The position numbers and the translations under genes are program-made. A stretch of DNA of 64,000 bases from Tricharina praecox (Eukaryota), in the NCBI RefSeq assembly GCF_024521635.1, contig NW_026250410.1, forward strand, positions 682,001 to 746,000, given 5' to 3'. Below are positions 13,296-26,537 of this stretch, in pieces; the stretch's first letter is position 1, and each line of letters opens with the position of its first letter. Under the pieces are notes generated by a model. That model was given only the letters and a program-made list of their open reading frames with translations. It made no database searches and had not been told where the DNA came from.

Positions 13296-14079
13296 TGCTA
13301 GTGGTGGGTTGTGGATTGTGGTATTGGTGGTCGTGGTGGTCGTGGTCGTGGGTGGGAGCTGGAGTACCGATAGTGACAGTGATAGTGATGGTAGCGGGGA
13401 TGTGGTGGGAAGACGCGATGTGGCGCGTCGAGCAACGAGTAGTAAAGTCATGCCGTAATACTATTAGGTACTATTTAACCCCTCCGCGTCAAAGCACAGC
13501 ATTCGCGGGGAACAATGACGGCCTGACGGCGGAGACAAGTATGACCAACTCTTGAAGCCTCAGCAACCGATAATTGATTCGGATAATTGCAAGATCGCAC
13601 GCTTTATGAGCAGTGGAAAGGGCATCGTTGGCGGGTTAACTATTCCCACCAGTTATCTCGTGGGATCCGGAACACTCTGTCGATCAGCTCTTCTGCGTTG
13701 GCACGAGCCTGCTCCTGAGTGAGACTTTTTTTCCCCGCCTGGTTCAGACATGATCAGTGACATCGAGAGCGGTCCGATAGCTGGTTGGCATTTCGGTGAA
13801 TAGAGTGGACGGCGGTGATGGGATCCAGCTGTATGGCAATTGGATTCAACGAATTATGTGCCTCTATATCTACTACTACAATAGAGTAGATCCTGCGGTT
13901 TATGATGTCCAAAAACCATCTCCCATCTACTCTACTAGTACCATTAAGCGTGCATCGATCGTCAATATACATGAAGTCCCCCGTCTAAACCCGAAAACCA
14001 AAAAAAAAACCCCTCATCACCTTGTGTATCCCCATCCAAAAAAGCAAACGCCCCCCTCCCTTTCCCTTCCTTTTCCCTA

Positions 14080-15027
14080 CTACCCCACCATCTCCACCCC
14101 CTTCCCCTTCTCCTCCACCTTCGGCCCATTCCCAAACCTCCAGAACTGCACGCCCAGATACGAGTCCATGATCATCTGTATGACAGCGCAGACCTTGAAC
14201 TGCAGACCGACATGCTGAGCGTTATAGAAGTAGACCATTTTCATGACATCGCCGAGCAGCCACGAGGCGAGAACGGATACACGAAAGCCCTGACAGCTCC
14301 TGCTGCGATGATTCGCGATGACCTGGGGCATTGGGAGTGTCGCCTCGATGCCGAGCGCGAGGTACCCCACGGCGTCGACAAACAAGCTCGAGCGGCCAAA
14401 CAGCAGCTGTAGCACGGTGGTGGTGAGCGTAAAGTACCCCAGGAACTCCCAGTAGGGGCGCTGCGAGCGCCACTGCCAGAAGCGATAGGGACGCTTTGTA
14501 GCAGCACCCCCGGCGAATGGGCTGTTGTGTGCGCTGTCGGCTGGACGGTGGTCCAGCGCCACTTTGAGCAGTGCTAGTTGCACAAAGATCATTAGGATAC
14601 TCTGTAGCAAAAGCGACGTCTCGAATTCGGCCCCGAGCCAGTAGAAACACCGCAGGATCGAGGCGAGGAGCATTATCAACGGTGTCTAGTGCGCGACCGG
14701 TCAGCCAAGGTGCGGGCGGGGACGGGGGGAGCGGAGGGGACGGACGTCAAGCGAGAACCCGCGCGACGAGCGCGTAACGTGGATATTCCGAATCTACACC
14801 GGCGGACAGTCAGTCAATCGCGTTCCGGTCCGGGTGAAGCTCGCATTGAGCGCGCGCGCGTGCGTACTTGATCGCCATAGCTCGTCAACGGACTGGTGAT
14901 GAGGCTGTTCCGTTCCCTCCATTAGCACTCAAGCTCGCTCGCTCCCCCGTCCGACCACCCACCACCAGCGGAGCACAACTTACAAACACGGCGCAATGTA
15001 CTGTATCAGGATATTAAAGAGACCCAT
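14080..15027 (-). CDS. ANY1: PQ-loop membrane protein (Any1/PQLC1-like), 4 exons
   Basis: Exons 15027-14984, 14904-14868, 14793-14746 and 14685-14080 join in frame: MGLFNILIQYIAPCFLITSPLTSYGDQIRNIHVTRSSRGFSLDTPLIMLLASILRCFYW..., with second motif EATLPMPQ..GFRVSVLASWLLGD. Confidence 0.88.
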
Positions 15028-16319
15028 TTCGGTGGCTTGCTGGACAGAGCTCCCAATGAAATAATCAAAAGACGACAGCGGTGAAGAGAAAGAATACTGC
15101 AGGAGAAGAAGAAGAAGGCGAAGAAGAAGTGTGTTAGAGAAAGGGGGACACGCAGCATGCACACGACAAAAACCCTCCAATGGATAAATCTGAAGAATTT
15201 CTAGAGCTCGGTACTAGAGTAGAGTAGTTGGCCCTTGGGAGCACGCGGCAGCCGATGGATGCTTGTTAGAGTACCAGGATTCGACCGTCCGAACGAACGA
15301 AGAACGCTTATCTACTCTATATAGGTATCTTGAGCTGGCTAACCCCCAAATAGCACTTTTGACGACGAGGGGGAATCCGAGATTCCGTGGCGATGCGGCC
15401 CGGAGGACGTCTTCGGACAATGGCGCATTACTAACTGTACTTAGTCATGGTACTTCGGGGCGTTCTGTGGAGTCAGCGGCGGCCTCGCATCTACCTAGTG
15501 GCGGCCGCCCGGGATTCCGGAGGTTCAGCATCCGAGCGAATAGCACCACGTGACAACGGAACAACAGCCTTCGACTGGAGATTCCGTATCACCAACTCAC
15601 ATTCTAGAACAACGGCGGATCTACACGAAGGACAAGAACTTACGAACAGACAGCCCCCAAAGCCAATACCGAACGTCGGAAATGTATGTTGTAACGCATT
15701 GTTGCGGGCTTGGAGCGGTCATGGGTATTCACTCGAGCCTTTGTGCTTTCGCCGAGGACCTACGGATACCCGGGTGTACAGCGAGTTGCTATAGTCAAGA
15801 CAGGGCCCGTACGCGATAATAAACCGAATTTCTCTCTCTCTATCGCGGGTGCACAGCGGTCATCATCCACCGCCCCCCAATCACAATCACCACAACCGAA
15901 CATAGCGCGAGTGCACGGCCATGATGCCCCCAACAGGATGACAAGACGTTCGTGTAAGTATAGCAGAAGAAATAATTTCAGAAAAGTTTCGAAGAACGCA
16001 TATTTCCAAGCACGGTATGTACATACATATGAAGAGCAGCTTTGTATAGTAGGTGGGCAAGCTCCTCTCCGGACGAGTATGCACCGATTTGATCTCACGA
16101 CTACGTTGACAAGAGATACTATCGACAAGGCTGAATCTCGATCACGAATAACCATCTCAGCACACCGCCCGCGTCCCAGTAAAGCCCCACCTCCAATTAA
16201 AATTCATGCCCGCTCACCGCATCATCAACCGCATCATTAACCGCACATAAGAAATCAAGCAATCCCACCGCCCCCCTCCCCCCCCCCGCCCCACCACCCG
16301 CCAACCCCCCTAAACCCCC

Positions 16320-16702
16320 CTAAACCCCAGTCTGCCCCACAGTCCCATAACTCGTCCCAACGCCCTGCACCCTCTCAGAGTACACCCCCGGCGCGCGCCT
16401 TACAGGCAGCACACCCGCCGCACGATCATGTTTCCTCTCGTAGTAGACGTATTCCACATAGAAGGCGTGGAGGTGGCCGGGCAGCTGTCATTCATACATT
16501 ATTATTAGCATTGTTAGCATTGCGGGGAAGAATCCTGGCGGGGAAGGGGGAAGAAGGAAGGGAAAGGGGGACGAACGTAGCCCAGCAGCGTGAGGCAGAT
16601 GTTGATCAGCACGTCGGCGCCGCAGCCGGCGACGAAGAATACGCCCAGAGGCGGGAATAGGATCGTGATTAGGACGAGGAGGAAGGTGGAGCAGAACCCC
16701 AT
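16320..16702 (-). CDS. PMP3: Pmp3/RCI2 (UPF0057) plasma-membrane proteolipid, 2 exons
   Basis: ILFPPLGVFFVAGCGADVLINICLTLLGY|LPGHLHAFYVEYVYY...; intron about 16576-16485; stop TAG at 16322-16320. Confidence 0.9.
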
Positions 16703-18018
16703 AGTGCTGCGGGGCTTGGGGGGCTTGGGGTATTGGTGGTGGTGGTGGTGGTGGTGGTGTTTGGGGTTTTAGTGTAGTGTCGTGTAGTATCGTGTCGTGT
16801 GTGGCGCGGGATTTCGAGATAGTAGGCAGTAATTAAAGCGTTGTGGAAATGTAAATATTCAGGAGAACGGGGTGGGTGCTCGCGTGCTCTTCAAGGGGCG
16901 AGGTGGACGAGGTGGACGAGGTGGACGAGGTGGACGCGGCAATGTGCATGACGTCATTGCGAGAATGGCAGTGACGACATTGTGTAGAGTACGGATTTGG
17001 ATTGCGACCCCGGTTGACTCTGGAGGCCTGTGGCATGTGGAAGTTCATCGGACGTCACTCGATGAGCTGGATGCGGTAGGAATAGTGGGGGTCGATTTTG
17101 CGGAATACTTGTGCTAAGTAGCTGCATAGGTCGGGTGTGGTGTGGTTGGTTTACCGGTTCTAGTCCAACTGGGGATGTATATTGTGTCCTCCTTCCAGAG
17201 AGTACAGTTCCAATCCCAATCCCACCACATCGGCAACCCGACATCACGTCCAACCACGACCGCTCCACAGGAAGATAGGTATCATCGACGCTCTCGACGA
17301 AGAGTACATACGGTACCATGTAGGCCTCTGTGATCATAGTAGCAATATTTGACCATTCGGCTTGTAGTCAAGAAAACCATTCGTAGTGTGTACACAAGAT
17401 CTCACTCGCCCATCCACTCATCCACCCATCCAATAGAATTAACATTTGCATTTTGCATTTGCATACCCATCAAAGTCCACCCTTCAAAGTTCACCTCTCT
17501 CGCAAGCACCAAGAGCAAGCTGGGATGAGAACAATCTACTACCTAAGCAACAAAAAACCAAACTTATCCACGTAAAAAAAATCCCAAACTCGCGCGTAGC
17601 ATCAGAAGAGACAAGGATCACCAAGCACAGGACTACAAATAAAGTTACAAGAAGCAGAAAGAAGAAGAAAGAAGAAAGAAGAAGTAACGGGTAAGAAAGA
17701 AAAAATGAAGGGTTTCCCATCAGCAGCCATTCGATCGTTCGATGTATGGAAGAGAAAATAAAAAAAACACTAGGAGCTAGGTTTACAAGCCCATTGAAAC
17801 CCCCAAAAATCCAGTTATTTGCAAAGTACGGAGTGGAAAGGAAAAAAAACAACCAGAAACAGCCACGCAATCCCAGAGACAAAAAAACAAACCCCCCCCC
17901 CCCCCAACCATTCTCAAACGCCAGAGAAAAAAGCACAAAATCAAGGGCTTTATACATGGGAGAAAAGAAGGGAAGGAAACGACGGATAAGAGAGACAAGG
18001 CAAGAAAGGGTACATTAT

Positions 18019-21000
18019 TCATGAGGGATCGCGGTGGAGAAACTGGTCCGCCATGCTGTCGAGAGTCTCCGCAGTAGTATTTTCCAGTGCCTGGGCGGCA
18101 ATCGACTCGTATCCGGATGTGCCGGGTCCGGATGACGGCTCCTTTGTGTAAAGGTCGAACATGCTGTTTTCTTCTCGACTGTTCGCGGAGTTGTATTGGG
18201 GACTCCCGGAACAACTACTGGTGGCAGTACGGTGACCGTGGTAACCACCGAAGAGTGCTGGGTCGAGTGTCTGTCCGCGGCCGGGATTGTTGACCAACAC
18301 GGGGGAGCCAGGCGTTCCGTAGCTAGGTTGGGATAATGTAGGCGACCCGTGCGTGGTAGCCGATCCGTATCGCTGGTAGTCGTACGACTGTGTGTGGTCA
18401 GGCTCCGGTGATCCATTGTTCCCAAGCGGTGCCGGCCTGATCGGAGGTGGCTTTCCGTTGACCTCGCCCACCTTCTTCTTAAATATGTGGGCTTTGGTTC
18501 GGTATTGCGGTGGGAGATCATCCGGATTCTGAATACCCATCTGCGCCATCAACTTCTGTTGCTTGGTAGGTCGAGGCTTGCGGGTCGACTGAGAGTTTTC
18601 GACCGTTGGGGGTGGTTCGGGCGCGATCGGCATCCATTTATGCAGCTCCTGGCGAAAGAAGTTTGTCTCGTGTGAGAGTAGAATCTCGGCGCCCTCAATC
18701 TTCCGCAGATAGAATCGCATTGTCGGGACCTCGGCGGAAGTCAGGCCAAGAGGAGAGTTCGTATACGAGCTGACAAACTGTCTAAATTTGGAAGCTCCTT
18801 CAATAATCCGATGGAGACAGTCCATTTCATCTGGTATGAACGGAAGGCTGGGGATTTCGGATTCCCATTCGATCAAGTCCTCCAGCTTGGGCCGTGCTGC
18901 GTCCCGAGGGATCTTAACCCGATAGTCGCAAATGGGACAAGTGTATTTGTCATCTTCCTTAACCTTGCCTCTAGCAATCTTAAGACACTTGCCATGGTAC
19001 CTGTGATCGAATCAGCATCTAATTCCCGGAAGAATAGGTTTTGGCCAAACATACCATTCGTGGCACACCTCACATTCGATCATCATTCCCGCTTCTGGTT
19101 GTCGACAGATGCAAAACACTTCCCGCGACCTTCCACGCGAGCTCTCTCCTTCCCCAAAGCTCGAATCGTTCTTGGTATCGGGGCTGGGCTCCCTGCTGGA
19201 GGGTTCGACGGGTGTACGCGGTTTATCCTCGAGCGCGAAGCAGTGCTCGTTCCGACTCTCCACATAACTCATGTGTTGCTGCAGGATGTGTAGAGGCGCG
19301 TTCGCCTTTCCGAAAAGCTTCTTGCCTCGCCGCATCCAGTCCTCGTGGCGCTTCTGTTCCTTTTCCAGATCGAGGGTTCCGGAAGGCTTGCTGTGGAACT
19401 CCAGGAGGCTATCGATTACTTCCCGCACATCCTTGTACATCGGCCTATTCTGCAGGTAGGGTGACTTGCTGGCCTCGTACAGGGCGACGATCTGGCGGTG
19501 AGCTTCCCTCTGCTTGTTCAAGATCTGATCGACCTGAACGAGAGTATCTCCCGAAACGGGCAAGGTGGCCGCTTGTCCAGACAGCGCCTCCAGTTGCTGG
19601 AAGTTGATCATCTCGGCGCTCATGAGCTCTTTGGCCTTCGATTCCCACATCTCACCGGCCTCCCTTTGCGCTTTATAGAAGAGGATCTGGTCGTTACTGT
19701 CGGGAATACCCAGCTCGACACCATTCTTGATCAGGTCGTCGACCTCCTGGAGGGTGAGCTGTTTGCCCCGGAGTTCTCGTGCATTGTCGACCCACTTCAG
19801 CTGCTTGACAATCTTCTCGAGAAGGTCGGTTTCGGCGAGATCCACATTAAAGCTCTTGCCTAATTCCACCAGTCCCTCGTAATCGGTCGTCGACAACGCT
19901 CCAGGAGTCGCCAGGGCGTGTCTCGCGCGGAGTTGAAATTCCCGTATGGAGTCGGCGCGCTCGGTCAGCTGCTCGATTTCCGGGCAATCGAATCCCAGAT
20001 CATCGGCGGACTGGAGCAGTTCCAAGATCCTCTCCAGCTTCCGGTGCGCACGCTCTTTCTCCTCCATCTCCGCAACCTTTGCCTTTCCCCCGGTCCTCCA
20101 GACCTTACCGCTCTTTCCCCGGTTCTGCTGCTTCCGTGAGACGAATGGAGTAGCCTCCTCGACCCATTCCTGCGCACGCTCGATGAAAAGCTTCAAAGGA
20201 GCCAACTCGGGGATGTAGTAAGGAATCTTTTCACCTTCCGCGAGAAGCGCCTTGAGACCCTTCAGCTGTGGCCTGGGAGTCTCGAGCATGGTTTTCTCCA
20301 ACTTTGCAGCCCAAGCTTTCGGTAGGTTTGCTTTTTCCTCTACTTTGCGGACCAGTTCCTCCAAATCCTCATCACTCATCCGCATGCGGAGGGTGATCAG
20401 AGATTTGTTACAATCGCAGATATCGCGGAAGTGGGTCGGACAAACAATGTTGCTGGTACACGAGCAAATGACCTGAGAGAGGTAACAGTAGACCTTGCAT
20501 ACCCCGCACTGGTACTCCTCTTCTGTCAGTTCCACGTTGTCCCCAAGGATCACTTTGTTGAAGGACGGAAGTTGTTCCTGAAGCATGCTTCGCAGTGCCA
20601 ATTCTCTGCTCTTGACGCGTTCGAGAGCGGGAGCTAGCCACTGAGCAGTCTTGATGGTCGTGTCCCTAGCCGCGGCCGTGAGGAGCAATTCATCGTGAGA
20701 GAAAACAGGCGCCCTTCGGAACTGCTGGTATCTTTCAACTCCTTCCTGTCCGAATGGTTCCCAGTCTGAGGGCGCAAAGTTGACCGCTTCGTTAAAGTTG
20801 AATCCGTGGTTGAAGCCCGCATGGTAAGCCTTCGGAAAAGTAACCACAAACTGACCGGCTCGCTGATCGAGTGCATAGACCCTAACGCCGACCTTCTGGA
20901 GATGCGCGGGTGTGAGCAGGGTGACCAATTGGAACAGTAGATCTGGCTGCTGCTCAAATAGTTCCGGCACGGCTTCCCGCATGGCGCTTTCAAACTTGTC

Positions 21001-23464
21001 GGCGTCGTCTCCGGGTATGCCGTACCAGGTCTTTGTGGCTCCAAAGTGCTGGTAGTTGGCCGAGTAGGTGAAGTGGTCCTCGTTATGCCAGCAAAAGGTC
21101 GAGAAGCACATACCGACGTACAGCCAAGGCACGGTCATCCCCGACACATCCGACTTGATATGTCGGAACAAAGATTCCGGGTGCAGTGGTAGGATGTTTA
21201 GATTCCAGGGATCCGTCGAATATGGATTGCACGGGTGCCTCTCTATTGTGGGAAAACCGCTACCATGGGTTGTCGAATGGATGTCGGCGCCGTATTCCAC
21301 CTCAACGGTCTCATGGACGCTCTCCACCAGCCTCCAAAACTCCCGTTCGACATCATCCTCGGTGACCGGCCGCGGCTTGTTCAGTATCGGGTCGTACGGC
21401 ATCTTCTTCTGAAAGTAGAGATCTCTAAAGTTGTTCGCTTTCTCTTGGAATTGTCGCAAAGAGTAAATCTCGCCATCCGCGAAGCCGTACTCTCCGGTTC
21501 CGACCAGACAGCGATCACAGTACCAATCACGATCAGGGACCGACTTCAGCGCCGGATCGAGGCAGTAAATGTGGTATCCGTAGTCGCAGCCGTCACACAG
21601 CAGTAGACTTTTCATGTCATCCCCACGGCCGCATTTTTCACATTTCTAAATGTGCGAAAAAGGTCAGCAGCTGCACCAACGAATATTAAATAGAAAATTA
21701 CGGTTGAATTTTCAGCTGCACGAACCTCTCCGGGTTTATTGTGGGTCCGGTCACCCAAGGTCCTGGGCACGGATGATGGTTTATGCAATGTCATGTGTGA
21801 CCCCGCAACCATAGGAGCAGGTTCTACACACATGCAAGTTCTCGTCAGCCAAGAGATCTCGCAAGCGAGGATCCACACACACACAGAGCAGGGACACACA
21901 ACAATAACAATAACAACGTACCCTTCTTCAACCTCTTACTGCGTCGCTCTCCGTTTTCGATATCGTCGACTCTGCCATTCGCGATATCTCGAGAATCTGA
22001 GCTGCTTTCTGAGCTATGCTGTCGCTTTAACGGAGAACTCATGACTCCTCCTCCCACCTTGGCCTCTGGCGATTCTCTAGTGCTTGAAATTCCATCGGCG
22101 CTTCGCATGGAACTGCTGCTCGGCGTCAATCCGGAATCGAGCTCACTTCTCACCCCATTCGTGCCGCCGACCGCAAATCCAGGGGCATGGCCCGAATTAA
22201 CTGGTGCAAATGCTCCCCCGTTGAATCCTCCGACCGAAGGCGTGGGGGTTGCGTCCGGCATATCCACATCAAATTTATTCGGTGTACCCACCGACGCTGC
22301 CAGAGCTGAGGAAGCTCTAATTGTCGGGGAGTCCGGTCCGAAACTACTACCAATGGGCGAACCATTTTTCTGCATTGGGGTACTCTTGATCGGGGTAGAA
22401 GCGGGGGAAGGTGTGATGGGCCCTCCAAATTCGGCCTCTATCTGTTGTTGGACTCCGGGCTTCGCCGACTTGACCCATTCCTCATACGGTTGCAAGTAGC
22501 GTGAATATGAGTTTTTGAGGGATGTAGACAGACTGGACATTATTTTTCCCGAATATCCCAAGTCCCTTCCGATCTCAGCCCATTTCTTGCCTCTACAAAC
22601 CGTAGCGAAACCACCTCGGATTTCTACTGCCTTTTTTAGACGATAGAGATCGAGTGGCCGTTTGTCGACCGAAGGGAACCGGTTGAGACTGGTACCATGC
22701 TGTTTGTGGTACTTTGAGAGTTGGTCGAGATAGTTGAGATTCGCTCTCGTACCTCCTTCCACCGAGTTGAGCTCCTGTCGTCTCGTACGAAAGTGGAATC
22801 GCTAACAGTCGGTTAGCAGCTTGTCTAAACGTATTGGTGGGAAAATAGTAGGGCGGGCATAATGCAGGTTCTCGTTGGATTGGTAGAGTACGGCAATGAT
22901 GGCGGCGGTGGTGGTAGTGGTAGTGGTAGTTTTAATGGTAATGGGTGCTGGTAATGGTGGTGGTGGTGGGGCAGGCAGAGTGTATGAAGGGAGCGATGGA
23001 AGCCGGGTGAGCGAGCGACGAACCTCTGTGTCTATTCCAAAGTCGGGTGACCAATTTTCCGGCGGTATGATTTTTACAATTCCGTATTTTCTGCCCTCTT
23101 CCGCGATGCTTCGTATGTACTCCATGGGATCCTTAAACTCCTCGGGAGTGGGTGTAAACGTAGGCGCCTCTATCAAACCGTGCGGACGAATTCTCTTAGG
23201 ATTCTCCTTGATAGCGGGATTTCGTCTTTCCACGGTCGACATATCGAGCGACTGGGCCTTTCGGGAGCTCAGCGGCGCCGTTTGATAGCCCCCGGGCTGC
23301 CCAGCAAGGGGCACCGGAGTACCGCTTCCTGGTTTCGGTGCTGCCGCCGATGCGGACGTGGATGCGCCATTAGTTTTCACTTTCGACGAGGAGGCGCGCG
23401 GCGAAGGTCTAGCGGAGGGAGTCGCCGTGGCGGAGGAGCTCGGTGTGGCGGCGACCGGCGTCAT
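18019..23464 (-). CDS. lid2: KDM5/JARID1-family H3K4 demethylase (JmjN, ARID, PHD, JmjC, C5HC2 finger, PLU-1, PHD)
   Basis: JmjN EAPTFTPTPEEFKDPMEYI..GIVKIIPP; ARID PLDLYRLKKAVEIRGGF..KKWAEIG; PHD LLLCDGCDYGYHIYCLDP..WYCDRC; JmjC EYGAD..PWLYVGMCFSTFCWHNEDH..YHAGFNHG; C5HC2 CGVCKVYCYLS; second PHD FCICRQ..MIECEVCHEW. First in-frame ATG at 23464. Confidence 0.96.
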
Positions 23465-26400
23465 CGCGGCGGCGGCGGCGGCGGCGGCGGTGTATATGGT
23501 GGTGGCAGTCGATCGGGGTGACAATGGTGCTGGTGGTTAAGCGGTGTATGCGGTGGTGGTGGTGGTGGTGGTGGTGGTGGTAGGTGGGGGGTAGGCAGGT
23601 GGATGTGCGTAGGTAGCAACAGTAATCTAGGCTGTGGTATATCTGTGAGAAACTACGGGCCCCCAGCGGTTGGAACATTCAGAGGAGCATGCAAGAAAAT
23701 TGCAGCGGCCACTCCAGTCGAGAGTGTGCGTGGAGGTCGAAAGGGAATGCTGAAGCGTACGAGAGACTATCACAGACGGGCCCGAACCATGAGCATGTGA
23801 GGGGTGGGCAGCTGGCAATCGTGCAGTCGGGCAGTTGGGTTAGGTGGATGATGTTGGGTTGGGGGGGGGGGGGGGTGTTAGGATGGGGTTGGGATTTGAA
23901 TGGGTGTGTGTGGTGGGTGGGCTGAGATATATGTGTATCTGGACCGAGCAACCAACCCCTTCTGTGACAGCTCTCCGTCTGCAGCGCAGTCTGATATATA
24001 TTAAGGCCTTTGAGCGAAAGAATCCTTTTTTCGGTACCGAATTGGAAGGCGAAGGGGCGAGGAGACGATCGCAAGGCGGGCAGACAGTGGCAGGAGGCGT
24101 TTGGGCGGGCGCGAGGGCGGGCGCGAGGGCGGGCGCGAGGAGGTAGTTGGGGTGGTGGTGGTGGTGGCCACTGGTGGTGGTAGTCGGTAACGGCGGGAGA
24201 AGGGATTGAAGAGACTCGCAGGCAGAGTTGGTGCCGGCGGTGGGAATTCGGTGCGCGCCGCTAGCCCATAGGAGTAGGCAGGTAGTTGGGATGGAGAGGA
24301 GGTGCAAAGTGTAGTTACGAGTATGGCAAGTAAGCCCACGGCTGGCCACAGAGCAGATGCTAACTAGAGTACTTTCTACCGTACGGTGCACGGGAGAGAG
24401 ATACCTAGATCTTACATAGTCTGGGTACTCTAGAGCGCTCTTCGACCTCTGTCGCCGAGAAGCAGCTCTCTCTCTTCTGCTAGACTCCCGAGCTTCTTCT
24501 TCTTCTTCGGATACGTAGCGAGAGGAAGCACGATTCACGCGGACATAGGCATTAGGTACTGGTACATATCGCCATCTATCATCATCACCATCATCATCTT
24601 GACGTCTGGCTGGCGAGCACATATTCTAGACTCTGGAGGAGTTACCGGCACACGCCTTCGGAATTATATTGCCATGCCTCAGTGGCAACATCCCTTGAAT
24701 GTTCGCACAGCACACAGCGCGGATACCATTCGTCCAATATTCTAATCGTTCATAATCCTGATCCTCTCTCTCTTTCTCTCTTCGCCCGTGGGCGGGTATG
24801 GCACCGGGGGGAGCTGGGAGGTGGGAGGTGGGAGTACATACGCCTTTATATTCAACCGCGCTCGTGTAAGTAGGGTACTTACGGCGTGCTAGGCCTGGCC
24901 TGGCCTGTACGTACCATGCAGAGTACGTACTGTCGCTAGCGGCAACAGAGATGCTGGTGGTGATGATGACTCGCCTATCCCGTTGTTGTGTCTTCGTCGA
25001 TTCTTCAGCCTGCCTGCCTACCCAGTGCCCACGCTTCCCTCCCCCCTACCCACCCACGGCGACAGATATATAGTTCGCACGTAAAGTGTAAGTTGTATGG
25101 TCCAGGACGCCTCAACTCAACTCAACTCCCGTGGCTATCCGTGCTTTCCGCGACTGACTTCTGGCTGCTGACTGCTTGCTGCTGGCCTTAAGTCCAGCGG
25201 GAGAAGAGGAGCACTTCCAAGTTCCAACTGCCTACTTTTCCGTTCCGTGTATGTAGTTGTAGTATATGTTCTCGTGCGCCGTATCTCGGTATCTCCAACT
25301 CACGCGCACCTCCAATCGCGAACCGTATATATGTATGGTGTGCGCTGCGTTGACCAGCGCCGACCAGCGCCGACCAGCGACCAGTGACCAGACCAATGAC
25401 CAGAGCGGCTAGAGCTGACTGTATATCGACAGGAATGGAATTTTCCCTAACACCTGCCAGGTAGGCTGCCATGCAGCGGCCGAACATCGGACATCGGACA
25501 TCCATCGGACATCCCACCCATCGGGAAATATCCGACTTCCCTCCGTGCGTGTCTGTCCTATGTATGATATCTCGAAACTCAACTTCAACGACCCCGACCA
25601 CAACGACATCGACGACGGCGGCAACTCTTTTTGCTGCTGCCGCTGCTACTCACGATAAATTTTGAATTGAGTCCACGCCGCTGGGACTATGAAGGAAAAG
25701 GAAAAGGAGGGGGGGGAAAGGAGGAAAAAATGACTGACTATGGCCAATTGAACAAGTGCGAAAACTCCACGTGCGTGGCTTCCAGATTCCAAAGGAAAGT
25801 TTCTCGAAAGTTCAAACTCAAGTGGATAGTCGCAAACCGTGTCACTGGCACAAACATTACATCGCTAAGGAATTTCTTCACGAATCAACCGCTCATGTAC
25901 CGCCTATATACGGTACGAGTAGGTACCTGTGGAACTCGCGGAACTCGTGGGACTCATGGAACTCCCAGGTAAAACGTGTCGCGTCCTACTACCTGGTACT
26001 GGTACATAGAACGGACGCTGACAGCCTGAAGTGAAGTGCTGAATGAAATCCATCACTACCCACCTGGCAAGTATGAAACTCTGAAACTCTTTGTGACCCG
26101 GTCCCGACTCCCGCGTATGTATCGTCCACGAGGCTCCAACACTGAGCAGCGAGCCTGCCAATGGCCATGTCATCTGAAAGTTGAAACCCGTCAATAATAA
26201 TTCCGCCGTTCTTCTCGAGGCTCGTCGATGAAGTTGATCCTCACTTCTGGAGAGTAGGTATCGCATCCCTGTAGTTAGGCACCCCGGCTGGCGACCACCC
26301 TTGGGCCTTCCATCCGTGGGAATGTGGATCGTTTGGTATGTATAATTCTGACCATGTATGCGGCTCACGGGTTTCGAGGAACGTCACCGCCGCCGATGCA

Positions 26401-26487
26401 GTAGGTACCTATCTCTCCGCACCGAGTGTGTGCATTGCACTTCTCGAATCTCGAGTTCCTTTGCGTCCGAGTCCGCTGCATCAGTCT

Positions 26488-26537
26488 CGCCCGCTCCTCC
26501 GCCCGCTCCTCCGCCCGCTCCTCCGCCCGCTCCTCCG
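26488..26537. repeat. 12-bp tandem repeat (CGCCCGCTCCTC) x4
   Basis: Directly visible; explains the RPLL/PPPA repeats in the ORF track. Confidence 0.9.

Noticed and set aside
16306..16330. CCCTAAA-like units resembling telomeric repeats
   Set aside because: Only two imperfect copies, overlapping the PMP3 stop codon.
17270..17352. Plus-strand peptide KIGIIDALDEE resembling a NACHT Walker B
   Set aside because: Isolated short match with no Walker A or extended ORF; likely chance.
17484..17957. Hydrophobic 157-aa minus-strand ORF
   Set aside because: Arises from the T-rich 3' UTR of the KDM5 gene; Phe/Leu bias is compositional.
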